A stretch of DNA of 64,000 bases from Candidatus Bathyarchaeota archaeon (lineage in GTDB: Archaea; Thermoproteota; Bathyarchaeia; Hecatellales; Hecatellaceae): positions 32,001 through 96,000 of the forward strand of contig JBQPWD010000006.1 of the NCBI GenBank assembly GCA_052246995.1. Reading direction: 5' to 3'. Below are positions 19,880 through 29,478 of this stretch, piece after piece. Each line of letters starts with the position of its first letter. Within the stretch, counting starts at the first letter, position 1. The notes under the pieces are model-generated. The model ran no database searches, was not told the DNA's origin, and was given only the letters and a program-made list of their open reading frames with translations. A program made the position numbers and the translations under genes.

Positions 19880-19998
19880 GCGGGGGTCGCCAAGCCTGGT
19901 CAAAGGCGCAGGAGCCTATAAGAAGAAGCTTGTAGGCGGCGAAAATGAGGATCCTGTCCCGTAGGGGTTCGTGGGTTCAAATCCCACCCCCCGCACCA
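19880..19998 (+). tRNA. tRNA-Leu(GAG) with 31-nt intron at position 30/31 (19913-19943); CCA encoded
   Basis: Acceptor GCGGGGG/CCCCCGC, D-loop AAGCCUGGUCAAA, long variable arm CCCGUAGGGG, T-arm GUGGG-UUCAAAU-CCCAC; anticodon 19947-19949 after splicing. Confidence 0.92.
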
Positions 19999-20219
19999 TT
20001 ATCTCTTGTCCTGGTGTAGTTACCATCTCTCCAATTTTTAAGTTCACAAATATGAGTACGCCATGAACATAAAATGCCAATACTGCAAAAGGCTTCATGG
20101 TTTAAGCGTTGTTAGTGGGAGTGAGAAGGTTTTTAGGTTAAACCTGCAATGTTGTTAACATAAGAAAATGTTAAGACTTATAGGTCAAGTTAAAAAAGGT
20201 TTAAGAGATTAATTTGTCA

Positions 20220-20789
20220 TTAAAGGGTTCCTCTGTAGTGGATTGTTGTTGGACATCCTACGCATTTTCCGTTAATGTATCTTGTGCATGGTTTGCAGTC
20301 CACACGGCATGGTGCTGTTTTCCTTTCCTTACGGACAAGGTGTTCTCTTACTGGGAGGAATGGTGAAAAATGGATTTCACCTATGGGGTAAAATTCTGAC
20401 CTTCGTATACCCGTGCTACTTCTTAAGGAACATTTTTCAATAGATATGCTTTCTAGCGTGTCTTGGTTTTCAGCTATAACTAGGGCAATTAGATTGTAAC
20501 CACCTAGTGTCTTAAAAATTTGAACCACCCTTGGACAATCCTTGAAGCGTTCAAGCAGTTTTTGCATCGCCTCAGCGTTTTCCATTTCCATCAGAACTAT
20601 AGCGGGAAAAAGCTTGAAAAAATATGGGTTTAGTGAAGCAGACACCTTGATGGCGCCTTGTTGGATAAGCCTTTGCAACCTTTTCTTAACTCCCATGCTT
20701 GTGAATTCAACATTCTTGGCAAGTTCTTCTAAAGTGGCTCTACCGTCTATTTGAAGCTGGGAAATTATTTTCCTGTCAACTTCGTCCAA
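20220..20789 (-). CDS. Lrp/AsnC-family regulator with C-terminal Cys cluster
   Basis: MDEVDRKIISQLQIDGRA HTH; C-terminal CRVDCKPC...CVGCP. Confidence 0.88.
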   Translation of the reverse strand: MDEVDRKIISQLQIDGRATLEELAKNVEFTSMGVKKRLQRLIQQGAIKVSASLNPYFFKLFPAIVLMEMENAEAMQKLLERFKDCPRVVQIFKTLGGYNLIALVIAENQDTLESISIEKCSLRSSTGIRRSEFYPIGEIHFSPFLPVREHLVRKERKTAPCRVDCKPCTRYINGKCVGCPTTIHYRGTL

Positions 20790-20819
20790 AGCTTGATTCT
20801 CCGTTTATTTTCTAAACAA

Positions 20820-20852
20820 AAACTATTTAATATAGTTTACGTATTAAACTAT
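20820..20852. promoter_or_regulatory. Palindromic operator candidate in the divergent Lrp/Mrp promoter
   Basis: AAACTAT-N5-ATAGTTT overlapping ATAGTTTA-N5-TAAACTAT. Confidence 0.5.
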
Positions 20853-20904
20853 TTAGCTTGACCAGAACAGATAATCAACAAGAAAGAAGCATAGAGGAAT
20901 ACGT

Positions 20905-21804
20905 ATGAGTGTGAAATGTGACGGTAAATGCGAATCCTGCTCAAAGGTGAATGAATGTTCAGACCCACGGAAGGAAAGGTGGGAAGAACAACAGAAGCTA
21001 AAGCAGAAAATGGGTAAAATCAAGCATAAAGTAGCGGTTATAAGTGGAAAAGGAGGAGTTGGAAAAAGCACTGTAACAGCGAATCTTGCAATAGCTTTTG
21101 CAATGCATGGCTATATAAGCCGAGTAGGAATATTGGATGCTGACATTCACGGTCCAAGCATTCCAAAGATGCTTGGTTTAAAAGGGCAAAGGTTTCAAGT
21201 TCTTGGTAGTGGAGCAGTTTTCCCTGTTATTGGCCCTCTAGGAATAAAAGTTGTCTCCATGGACTTTCTGCTTCCAAGCGATGATTCACCAGTAATCTGG
21301 CGTGGACCATTAAAGATGAGAGCTATCCAGCAGTTCTTATCTGATATTAATTGGGGAGAGTTGGACTTCCTTTTCATCGACCTCCCACCTGGGACGGGAG
21401 ATGAACCGTTAAGTGTTATGCAGCTTATTCCAGATATGGACGGTGTGGTCATAGTTACCATACCATCCGAGGTTTCACAAATTGTTGTAAAAAAAGCGGT
21501 AGTGTTCGCTAGGGAGCTAAACGTTCCAGTAATAGGCATAATTGAAAACATGAGCGGTTTCGTTTGTCCAAAGTGCGGAGCGGAAATAGACATCTTTAAA
21601 ACGGGTGGTGGAAGAAAAATTGCTGAAGACTTAGGCATCCCATTCCTAGGAAGAATACCAATAGACCCTAAAATATGCGAAGACTCAGACAACGGAAAAC
21701 CATTCATAGTTTGGCAACCAGATTCACCATCCTCGAAAGCATTTACAGAAATTGTTAAGAAAATTGAGCACTACCTTAAACAAAAAGATGCGCGAATATC
21801 ATGA
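20905..21804 (+). CDS. Mrp/NBP35 Fe-S cluster carrier ATPase
   Basis: SGKGGVGKST, DADIHGPS, VIWRGP, DLPPGTGD, ENMSGFVCPKC; N-terminal CDGKCESC...C. Confidence 0.95.
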   Translation: MSVKCDGKCESCSKVNECSDPRKERWEEQQKLKQKMGKIKHKVAVISGKGGVGKSTVTANLAIAFAMHGYISRVGILDADIHGPSIPKMLGLKGQRFQVLGSGAVFPVIGPLGIKVVSMDFLLPSDDSPVIWRGPLKMRAIQQFLSDINWGELDFLFIDLPPGTGDEPLSVMQLIPDMDGVVIVTIPSEVSQIVVKKAVVFARELNVPVIGIIENMSGFVCPKCGAEIDIFKTGGGRKIAEDLGIPFLGRIPIDPKICEDSDNGKPFIVWQPDSPSSKAFTEIVKKIEHYLKQKDARIS

Positions 21805-21845
21805 TGGTAAATGACCAATAAATTTTAGATGGAGGAGATGGTTAG

Positions 21846-21908
21846 ATGAAAATTTGTGTTTCAGCCACCGCGGGTGACTTAAATGCCCCGCTAGCCCATA
21901 AAACCTGA
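21846..21908 (+). pseudogene. 5' remnant of a NifB/NifX-family (dinitrogenase FeMo-cofactor-like) protein
   Basis: SD GGAGG, then MKICVSATAGDLNAP, which resembles the family N-terminus; truncated before the RFGRC motif. Confidence 0.55.
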
Positions 21909-22097
21909 AACATGCAAAACATAAAAAATTCTGGCAGTGAAAACGATCAAGCAACAATTTTTGCGCTAAACTATGTAAGGTTATGTGATTTACTAGACTA
22001 AAGAAAAATCATGAAGGATTGTTCTGGCAAAAAATTAAAGTCTTTTTTTAGTCTATATCCAGCCTTTTTCATTTCAGCCTTGAGGTTTTGCGTTTCT

Positions 22098-22502
22098 CTA
22101 GCCTATGTTATGTTTTGCTCGTTCAACCATTACACAAACACCATATATCACATCAATGCCGTTTTCCTTGCAGAATTTTATCGCCTTTTCCGATTCTGAG
22201 CCTGGTTGTATCCAAACCTTTGTAATTCCAAGTTTCTTGCAAGTTTTTACTAAATTCTCTGTTACTTCTGGAGGAACTACAACATTAACAACGTCAGGTT
22301 TTACAGGTAACTCTTCTAAACTTGGATAACACTTGTCGTCCAAAATTTCCTTTACATTAGGGTTTACAGGGTAAACCTTGTAACCAGCACTTTTAAGATC
22401 TTCATAAACTTTATAACCATATTTTCGAGCATCACGGCTAGCTCCCACAACAGCAAAAACGTTTCTCTTGTCCAAAAACACGTTAATTAACCCTTCACTC
22501 AT
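22098..22502 (-). CDS. CoA-binding protein (YccU-like)
   Basis: AVVGAS...KYG, YPVNP, VWIQPGSES, CVMV. Confidence 0.9.
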   Translation of the reverse strand: MSEGLINVFLDKRNVFAVVGASRDARKYGYKVYEDLKSAGYKVYPVNPNVKEILDDKCYPSLEELPVKPDVVNVVVPPEVTENLVKTCKKLGITKVWIQPGSESEKAIKFCKENGIDVIYGVCVMVERAKHNIG

Positions 22503-22796
22503 TTACTGTCACTACTTTTAAGTTCAATAGTATCTTGTATGAAAGACTTGTTATAAAAGTTAAACCAGCTACCTAGAACAGGCCAAACCCTAACCCCGAG
22601 AAAAAATCTTTTGTTTGTACTTTACAAAAATATTTTCACTTCACCATACCTTTATACAACACACGGGCTGACTTAGAAACAAGAATAGAGACAAAAAGTG
22701 ATGAAAATCAACAGTAAAAATGGAATGTAAGAAAAATGACAGAATCAACCAACTAAAAAAAATTGAACCTAGTTTAGTAGTTGTCTTAAAGTTTTG

Positions 22797-23213
22797 TTAG
22801 GTTTGTAGCTTAAAAATCGGTACAACTCTTTTTTCCTTATCGGCTAAGTAGTGTCCCTTACTAGGGAGCTCTACTCCCTCTATGGTAACCTTTTTTCCCA
22901 AAAGCTCTACACCAGCCTTTTCAGGCGGGATGTCAAGTCTTCCAGTCAGCCAAGGTCCATCATCAGTTTCAATTTCGCATACAACGTATGGTGCTTCATC
23001 TTCCAATCCTGTAGGTGCAACATGAATAACCGTAAAAGTCTGTATTACACCGCTTTTTTTCATCTCAACAACCTCTAAATCCTCCCCGCCACACTCTTGA
23101 CATACTGTTTGCGGTGGACATGTTACCTTACCGCATGTTTTACATTTTAAGCCAAGAAGTTTACCGTTTTTTAGGCTATCAAAAAACTCTTTAAACGTTA
23201 ACTTGCCAGTCAT
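22797..23213 (-). CDS. DUF35-family Zn-ribbon/OB-fold protein (thiolase partner)
   Basis: CKTCG...PP...CQECG, TFTVIH, PYVV; immediately downstream of thiolase. Confidence 0.9.
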   Translation of the reverse strand: MTGKLTFKEFFDSLKNGKLLGLKCKTCGKVTCPPQTVCQECGGEDLEVVEMKKSGVIQTFTVIHVAPTGLEDEAPYVVCEIETDDGPWLTGRLDIPPEKAGVELLGKKVTIEGVELPSKGHYLADKEKRVVPIFKLQT

Positions 23214-23215
23214 GG

Positions 23216-24436
23216 TTAAGCTTCACCTCTTCTTTCTCTGCCAAGTATTATGTTACATATTGTTGTAAAGTCCCCACCTAACGTGTCCGTCATACCTATT
23301 TTTGCACCATGAACCTGTAAATCTCTATGTTCAACTTCATTTCTTAACTGTTTAACTATACAATATATTTGTGAAACACCAGTTGCACCAACGGGATGAC
23401 CCTTGCCTATCAAGCCTCCTGAAGGATTTACTGGAAGTTTACTACCAATCTGTGTTTTTCCTTTTTCAGTTGCATCCGCCGCTGTGCCAAACTCAAAAAA
23501 TCCCATTGCCTCTAAAGCTATAATCTCAGCTATAGTGAAACAATCATGTAACTCTACAACATTAACATCTTCAGGTGTTACTCCTGCTTGTTTAAAAGCC
23601 TCCCTTGAAGAGTTTACTCTAGCCTTAGGTACGGTAATATCCTTCTGTCTGTAGAGAGCTCCTGCAGAGCTTTGACCTACACCTAAAACATAAACAGGTT
23701 TAGTGTGAAACTTTTCAGCTATGTCTGCTGAAGCTAAAACACATGCAGCAGCACCATCAGTCATGGGACAACAATCTAGAAGAGTTAAAGGATAAGCTAT
23801 CATCCGCGAATTTACTACATCTTCAGGTTTAAGGTCACCATATTTTCCGTAAAATTGTGATAGCGGGTTTTTTGCCCCATTTTTATGGTTTTTAACGGAT
23901 ACATGAGCCATCTTAACCCTTAACTCATCCAACGGGATCCCATACTTTTTTGAGTAAAAAACTGCGGCCATGCCGAAAACACCTGGAAACGTTAACCCTA
24001 CATTACCCTCATACACACTATCAACAGAGGTTGCAAGAGCTTTGGTACCCAGCGCTGTACCTGCGGAAAGAAGCCTTTCAACTCCTCCAACCAAAACTAC
24101 ATCATAAACACCAGCAGCAACAAGTAGGTATGCTTCTCTAAAAGCAACAGCGGATGATGCGCATGCGCCCTCATACCTAACAGCTGGAACACCTTGAATA
24201 CCAACTTCAGTACTTGCGAAACCTGCTACGTTTGAGGCACCATCTGTAACCTCGCCAACATGCTGCCCTAAAAACAATGCTTGAATCTGCTTTTTATCAA
24301 TATTTGATTCTTTTATCGCCTTTATTGCAGCTTCACCAAACAAATCCATAAGCGACTTATCTGGATGCCTACCAAACTTTGTATGACCTACACCTAAAAC
24401 TGCTACATCCCTAAACTTCTTCAAAACAACCACCAT
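23216..24436 (-). CDS. Archaeal (SCP-x-type) thiolase-domain protein
   Basis: EGACASS, DCCPMTDGAAA, VELHDCFT, NPSGGLIGKGHPVGATG. Confidence 0.93.
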   Translation of the reverse strand: MVVVLKKFRDVAVLGVGHTKFGRHPDKSLMDLFGEAAIKAIKESNIDKKQIQALFLGQHVGEVTDGASNVAGFASTEVGIQGVPAVRYEGACASSAVAFREAYLLVAAGVYDVVLVGGVERLLSAGTALGTKALATSVDSVYEGNVGLTFPGVFGMAAVFYSKKYGIPLDELRVKMAHVSVKNHKNGAKNPLSQFYGKYGDLKPEDVVNSRMIAYPLTLLDCCPMTDGAAACVLASADIAEKFHTKPVYVLGVGQSSAGALYRQKDITVPKARVNSSREAFKQAGVTPEDVNVVELHDCFTIAEIIALEAMGFFEFGTAADATEKGKTQIGSKLPVNPSGGLIGKGHPVGATGVSQIYCIVKQLRNEVEHRDLQVHGAKIGMTDTLGGDFTTICNIILGRERRGEA

Positions 24437-24729
24437 TACCTTATTTATAGGATGAAGTTAATAAATTTCATGGAAAAATCATGCACTTAAATTTTTTATG
24501 CAAAATGCTTTTATCAACAACAAACTAAGGGTTAAAAATGTAAGCAGCAAAAAATCTTCTTAGTTGAAAAGAAATTTGCTTTATACAACCTTAGTTAACA
24601 CAACATTGACGGTAAGCTTTACAGCACCTCTATTCATACCCAATTAATTAATGAACACAACTTTCTACCAGTTATGGCGAGTTCACTAACTCAAAACTAA
24701 ATTTTCAGGTTTTCTTAAGCCCTATTCTG

Positions 24730-26379
24730 TTATAGAAATTTTTGTGCTGCTTCTTCAGCCACTTTTTTTAGTTTTTCTTTCTCTCTGGCTCTTAGCATAT
24801 ACTTCATTTTTTTGCCAGTTGACGTCCAAGGTATCTCTCCAAATTCAACTTCCTTCGGAACCTTAAAATGAGCTAATCGTTCTCTACACCATTGAATAAT
24901 TTCCTCAGCCGTAGCTTTTGCTCCTGGTTTTAATTCGACAAGGGCTTTAGGTACTTCACCCCATTTTTCATCTGGTTTTGCAAATACAGCAACATCCTTA
25001 ACAGCCGGATGTTCGTAGATTACATTTTCAACTTCTATGCTTGCAATGTTTTCACCGCCACTAATGATTATGTCTTTTAACCTATCTACAATTTCAATAT
25101 AACCATCTGGATGAACTACAGCAGCATCTCCGCTATGGAACCATCCTCCCTTGAAGGCTTCTTCTGTCTTCTCATGATCTTTAAAATACCATAACATGAC
25201 ATTGTTACCTTGCATAACAATCTCACCTTGAGTTTTTCCGTCACGCGGGACATCATTCATGTTTTCATCTACAACCCTAACAGGAGTCCAAATAACGTAG
25301 GGCACACCCTGCCTGGCTTTAAGAATTGCACGTTTTTCCAAAGGAAGGCTATTCCACTCACTATGCCATTCACAAACGGTATGTGGACCATAAACTTCTG
25401 TTAAACCGTAAACGTGAACTATTTCTATTCCAATACTTTCAGCATCCCTAATAATTTTTGGAGATGGTGCAGCACCCGCAATAAATCCTCGAATTTTATT
25501 GGGAAATTTAAGGTTGTGCCTTATCATGTATTCTGTTATTGTAAGGTAAACTGTTGGAGCACCACACATATTTGTTACGTTTTCTTCTACAGCAAGTTTA
25601 TAGATAGTTTCGGCCCGTACAGCGTCTAAACATACATGTTTTGCTCCAACAGCGGTTACAGCCCAAACAAAACACCATCCATCACAATGAAACATAGGTA
25701 AAGTCCAGAGGTAAGCACTATCAGAGTTCATTTGGGCTTCAATAACCTCTCCAAGAGCATTTAAGTAGGTTCCACGATGGGTATAAACACATCCCTTAGG
25801 AAGCCCGGTTGTGCCGCTTGTATACACTATGCTTAACATATCCATCTCGTCTTGAACGGGAATATCAAGGGAGTTGCTTGAAGCTTGATTTAAAAAATCT
25901 TCATATTCAACTCCAGGAAGCTCTTTATCTAAACCTTTATCAGGGTCTGGAATGTTTACAATTTCTTTGACAGTTTGCAATTCTCTTATAATTGGTATTA
26001 CGGTTTTTGCATAAGCATGATCAAGAAATAAAATTTTACTTTCAGAATGGTTTAAAATGTATGCAACTTCTTTAGGTGAAAGCCTAACATTGATTGGTAC
26101 GCTAACTCCACCAGCCATTCCAATACCGTAAAAAGCCTCTAACATTGCATTGTTATTTCTACACAACATAGCAACCCTATCATCTTTTTCAATACCTCTT
26201 GTCTTTAGTGCGTTAGCCAGACGGTAGACTCTTTCAGCAAAATCTTTCCATGTATAGCGGACAGTCCTATAAACTACAGCTGTTTTATTTGGGAAAACGT
26301 ACTCGCTTCTTTTAAGAAAGGATAAAGGTGTTAAAGGGTTAAAACATACACGTTTATATTTTTCTTTTATACTTTCCAT
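24730..26379 (-). CDS. Acyl-CoA synthetase (AMP-forming)
   Basis: YTSGTTGLPKG, YGLTE, GWFHSGD, DRLKDIIISGGENI. Confidence 0.95.
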   Translation of the reverse strand: MESIKEKYKRVCFNPLTPLSFLKRSEYVFPNKTAVVYRTVRYTWKDFAERVYRLANALKTRGIEKDDRVAMLCRNNNAMLEAFYGIGMAGGVSVPINVRLSPKEVAYILNHSESKILFLDHAYAKTVIPIIRELQTVKEIVNIPDPDKGLDKELPGVEYEDFLNQASSNSLDIPVQDEMDMLSIVYTSGTTGLPKGCVYTHRGTYLNALGEVIEAQMNSDSAYLWTLPMFHCDGWCFVWAVTAVGAKHVCLDAVRAETIYKLAVEENVTNMCGAPTVYLTITEYMIRHNLKFPNKIRGFIAGAAPSPKIIRDAESIGIEIVHVYGLTEVYGPHTVCEWHSEWNSLPLEKRAILKARQGVPYVIWTPVRVVDENMNDVPRDGKTQGEIVMQGNNVMLWYFKDHEKTEEAFKGGWFHSGDAAVVHPDGYIEIVDRLKDIIISGGENIASIEVENVIYEHPAVKDVAVFAKPDEKWGEVPKALVELKPGAKATAEEIIQWCRERLAHFKVPKEVEFGEIPWTSTGKKMKYMLRAREKEKLKKVAEEAAQKFL

Positions 26380-26667
26380 TATTTTTCCCTACTATTATTG
26401 TATAAAAAACTAAAAAAATTAAGTTTTTTGAGAAAAATCAAATTTTCTTAAACTATAACCATTTTGAAATATACGTGTTTTCTACCAGCTTATGATAGTC
26501 CACTAGCAAGTTTTCATGATTTTACCTTATTAGTTTAGGTTGGGCTTAGAAAGTAAAGAGTAAGTCGGTTATGAGATGGCTTCTAGGAAGTTTACTCATT
26601 TTTTATGGGAAGTTTTAAGTATAACAACTTTAACTTTAAAGTTTATAGCAGATAAGGTGATGTTAAG

Positions 26668-26895
26668 TTGCCCGTGGTGATATATGTCTTAATTGTTTGT
26701 GAAATTGGTAAAGAATCTGAAATCAGGAGTGCGCTAGAAAAGATTAGAGGTGTTACCGAAGCTAGAACAGTTTACGGTGAATATGATGTTGTTGTTAGAC
26801 TTGAAACCCAAAGCCTTAGAGAGCTTGATGAAATAGTAACAAGTATACGTAAAGTTCCAGGTATTGTCAGGACAATAACATTAATTTCAGCTTAA
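26668..26895 (+). CDS. Stand-alone Lrp/AsnC ligand-binding (RAM) domain protein
   Basis: VYGEYDVV...IRKVPGIVRTITLI; SD GGTGA. Confidence 0.85.
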   Translation: MPVVIYVLIVCEIGKESEIRSALEKIRGVTEARTVYGEYDVVVRLETQSLRELDEIVTSIRKVPGIVRTITLISA

Positions 26896-26899
26896 AACT

Positions 26900-27823
26900 T
26901 TAGACATTTACATCCTTAAGCAACTCTTCAAGGCTACCGTACATGCCCTTTGGAACATTTTTTAAAACTTTCTCAACAGCAACCTGTTTTCCAGGTTCTA
27001 AGTCAAAAAGTTTCCATCCATACTTTTTGATAAGCATACTTTTAGAAACGGGAAATTTAACATTCTCTAAAACTTTTTTAAGAGATTCTAGGCCATAGCA
27101 TCCTGTTAATCCTGGAAGGCTACCAGTTTTAACAAGTGTAAGAAATCTTAAAGCATCAGTAAACATTAAAAGATTGTTAAAAAAAACGTAAGCCTCATCA
27201 ACAACCCCCTTAAAATCTTCAACAACACTTAAAAGCTTTTTAAGCTCCCCATCTGAATGCTGATAGTAGTATAACCTTTCACCTAAACCATGAAGACGGA
27301 AATATGCAAAATCCTTAACAAAGATTGGAAACTCCTTTAAAGGATCAACACAATGAGAAACATTAAATTTTTCTAAAATTTTTTTAAGCTTAACTTTAAC
27401 TTCAGGTTTAAACCACTCATCTCCTCTTGTTTCCCAAGCATATTTAAGTTTACCATTCTTTACAGCAAAACTAAAAAACTTTTCAACATTATCTAAAACT
27501 TCCTTAGAGGGTTTTAAAGACCCTGGTGTTTGAATTAAAAGCATTTTAGAGTTTAAATTTTCACATGCCTCACTCATCAACTTTAAAGATTTTAAACAAT
27601 CCTTGGTAGGCTTAAGCCTATGCTTATGACTTATATCCTGGTGAGCCTTTAAAACAAATTCAAAGTCTTCAGGGGCTTCCATTTTCCACTTAGCTAAAAC
27701 TGAAGGTTTAGGGTAATTGTAAAATGTAGAATTAACCTCAACAACCTTAAAAGCTTCATAGTATCTTTTTCTTGCAACTGGAAAACCGCAACAACCAACC
27801 TTTACAATCAAACATTCCACCAA
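26900..27823 (-). CDS. DUF72 family protein with C-terminal extension
   Basis: VGCCGF, VEVNSTFY, LKAHQDISH, QTPGS, WETRG, YFRLHG, YVFFNN. Confidence 0.88.
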   Translation of the reverse strand: MVECLIVKVGCCGFPVARKRYYEAFKVVEVNSTFYNYPKPSVLAKWKMEAPEDFEFVLKAHQDISHKHRLKPTKDCLKSLKLMSEACENLNSKMLLIQTPGSLKPSKEVLDNVEKFFSFAVKNGKLKYAWETRGDEWFKPEVKVKLKKILEKFNVSHCVDPLKEFPIFVKDFAYFRLHGLGERLYYYQHSDGELKKLLSVVEDFKGVVDEAYVFFNNLLMFTDALRFLTLVKTGSLPGLTGCYGLESLKKVLENVKFPVSKSMLIKKYGWKLFDLEPGKQVAVEKVLKNVPKGMYGSLEELLKDVNV

Positions 27824-28197
27824 AAATTCCTAAACAAGAGTATCCTAATTAAATTTACCGAAAAATTCCATTATCTTAAATTTTAAACTTAAACATCGCT
27901 AAAACTTCAATGCGACGTTTACCTTTCCAATCTAAGAAAACTGTTTATTGACTTTGCAATTAATGTGAAAATGTCAAACCTTTCTCATTGTTTCCTAATT
28001 TCTATAGCCACCTTAAGGGAGGTTATAGCTTAAGTTAAAACAGAGATGTATAAAAGAAAACAATTCAGAAAACATTAAAAACTGACCAAAGCATAGAGTA
28101 GAAATTTTGTCGATTATGAGTGTATTTTGCGGATAATTTAAGGTTAGAGAAACGAGGAAGAACAAGATTTAACAATTGGTAGTTTAAGGCTTTTCAG

Positions 28198-28671
28198 TTA
28201 TTCGCTTATATCCTTAACCTCACCGTTTGTTAACTTTTTTATGTCAGCTGGACTTATCTCGAGAAGTACATTAATTTCCCCGCCGCCTCCGATAACTTTA
28301 TCGTACTTCATAACTTTTTCATCGATAAAAGTTTTTATACGCTTTTTATGTCCAACTGGAGGTACACCGCCAACATGGTATCCTGTGACTTCCTTAACCT
28401 CGCTTGGATTAGCCTTCCTAACTTTTTTAGTTTTACATGCTGCTGCAAGCTTTTTTTCACTTACTTTTTTATCTCCAGTAACTATGGCTAGAATGGGTAA
28501 ACCCGCATCATCCATGAAAAGTATGCTTTTTACTATTCTATCACGAGTTACACCTAAACGGTGAACTGCAGCATCCACAGTCATTGTATGTTCTTCAAAC
28601 CTGAAAAACCTTACATTAACATTGTTTCTTTTAAGATAATCCTCCAAAACTTCTAGGGTCAACTGCACCAT
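28198..28671 (-). CDS. YbaK/EbsC aminoacyl-tRNA deacylase family
   Basis: IVKSILF, TGYHVGGVPPVG, GGG. Confidence 0.92.
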   Translation of the reverse strand: MVQLTLEVLEDYLKRNNVNVRFFRFEEHTMTVDAAVHRLGVTRDRIVKSILFMDDAGLPILAIVTGDKKVSEKKLAAACKTKKVRKANPSEVKEVTGYHVGGVPPVGHKKRIKTFIDEKVMKYDKVIGGGGEINVLLEISPADIKKLTNGEVKDISE

Positions 28672-28797
28672 TCCATCTAAGTTAGTGATAAACCCTTTTT
28701 AATTTTTGCATAACGATAACCATCCCTCCCTATTACACAGTTGTATATTTTAACATAATTTTTAAGCGGGGATGAGTTTGACACCATTTTGCCAAGT

Positions 28798-29478
28798 TTA
28801 AGGAGACTGTAGCCTCTTAAGGTGGGCTTTGATGTACCTTTCTACTTCATCTCTTGGTTGATAAATCCCGAAGTGTCCTTCGCAAAGAATGTCTGATTTT
28901 AAATCGATAAGTTTTTGTAGAGAAGCTTTGGCTTTTTGAGGGTCTGAACCTGGAAGATTGTAAGGACCGTGGACATCTTGTCCAAATAATACTCTTTTTC
29001 CACCAACATCAAGATAGCAGGCTATACTTCCAACAGTATGACCTGGAATGTGTAGGAGCTTTAACTCATACTTTCCGATGGTTAAACTGTCTTCATCCTT
29101 ATCCATCTTTATATCCACTTGACAAGGTTCGTAGCTTACACCATACCATTCAGCACCAACACCTACTCCGCTCTCTATCTTACTTGCATCTAAGCTGTGG
29201 GCTAGTATCTTTGATCCAAATCTTTTTTTAAATTTTGCCAAGGAGCCAATATGGTCGATATGAGCATGTGTTGCAATAACCAGTTTAATATTTTCAGGGT
29301 TAAAACCTAAGCTTTTAACATTTGCTATTAAAGTTTCAAAGCTTTTTCCAACACCAGAATCAATCAAAACCAATTTTTGTTCAGCATTAAGGAGATAGAT
29401 TGAACAATCATCAAAACTGGAAATATTCGACCCTCCAACCTGATAAATGTCCTGCCAAACTTTTACAGCTCTCTTCAT
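28798..29478 (-). CDS. Metallo-beta-lactamase-fold hydrolase
   Basis: THAHIDHIG, PGHTVGS, FGQD, CEGH. Confidence 0.9.
   Translation of the reverse strand: MKRAVKVWQDIYQVGGSNISSFDDCSIYLLNAEQKLVLIDSGVGKSFETLIANVKSLGFNPENIKLVIATHAHIDHIGSLAKFKKRFGSKILAHSLDASKIESGVGVGAEWYGVSYEPCQVDIKMDKDEDSLTIGKYELKLLHIPGHTVGSIACYLDVGGKRVLFGQDVHGPYNLPGSDPQKAKASLQKLIDLKSDILCEGHFGIYQPRDEVERYIKAHLKRLQSP

Noticed and set aside
19916-20098. 60-aa ORF containing VRGVGFEPT
   Set aside because: Antisense shadow of tRNA-Leu
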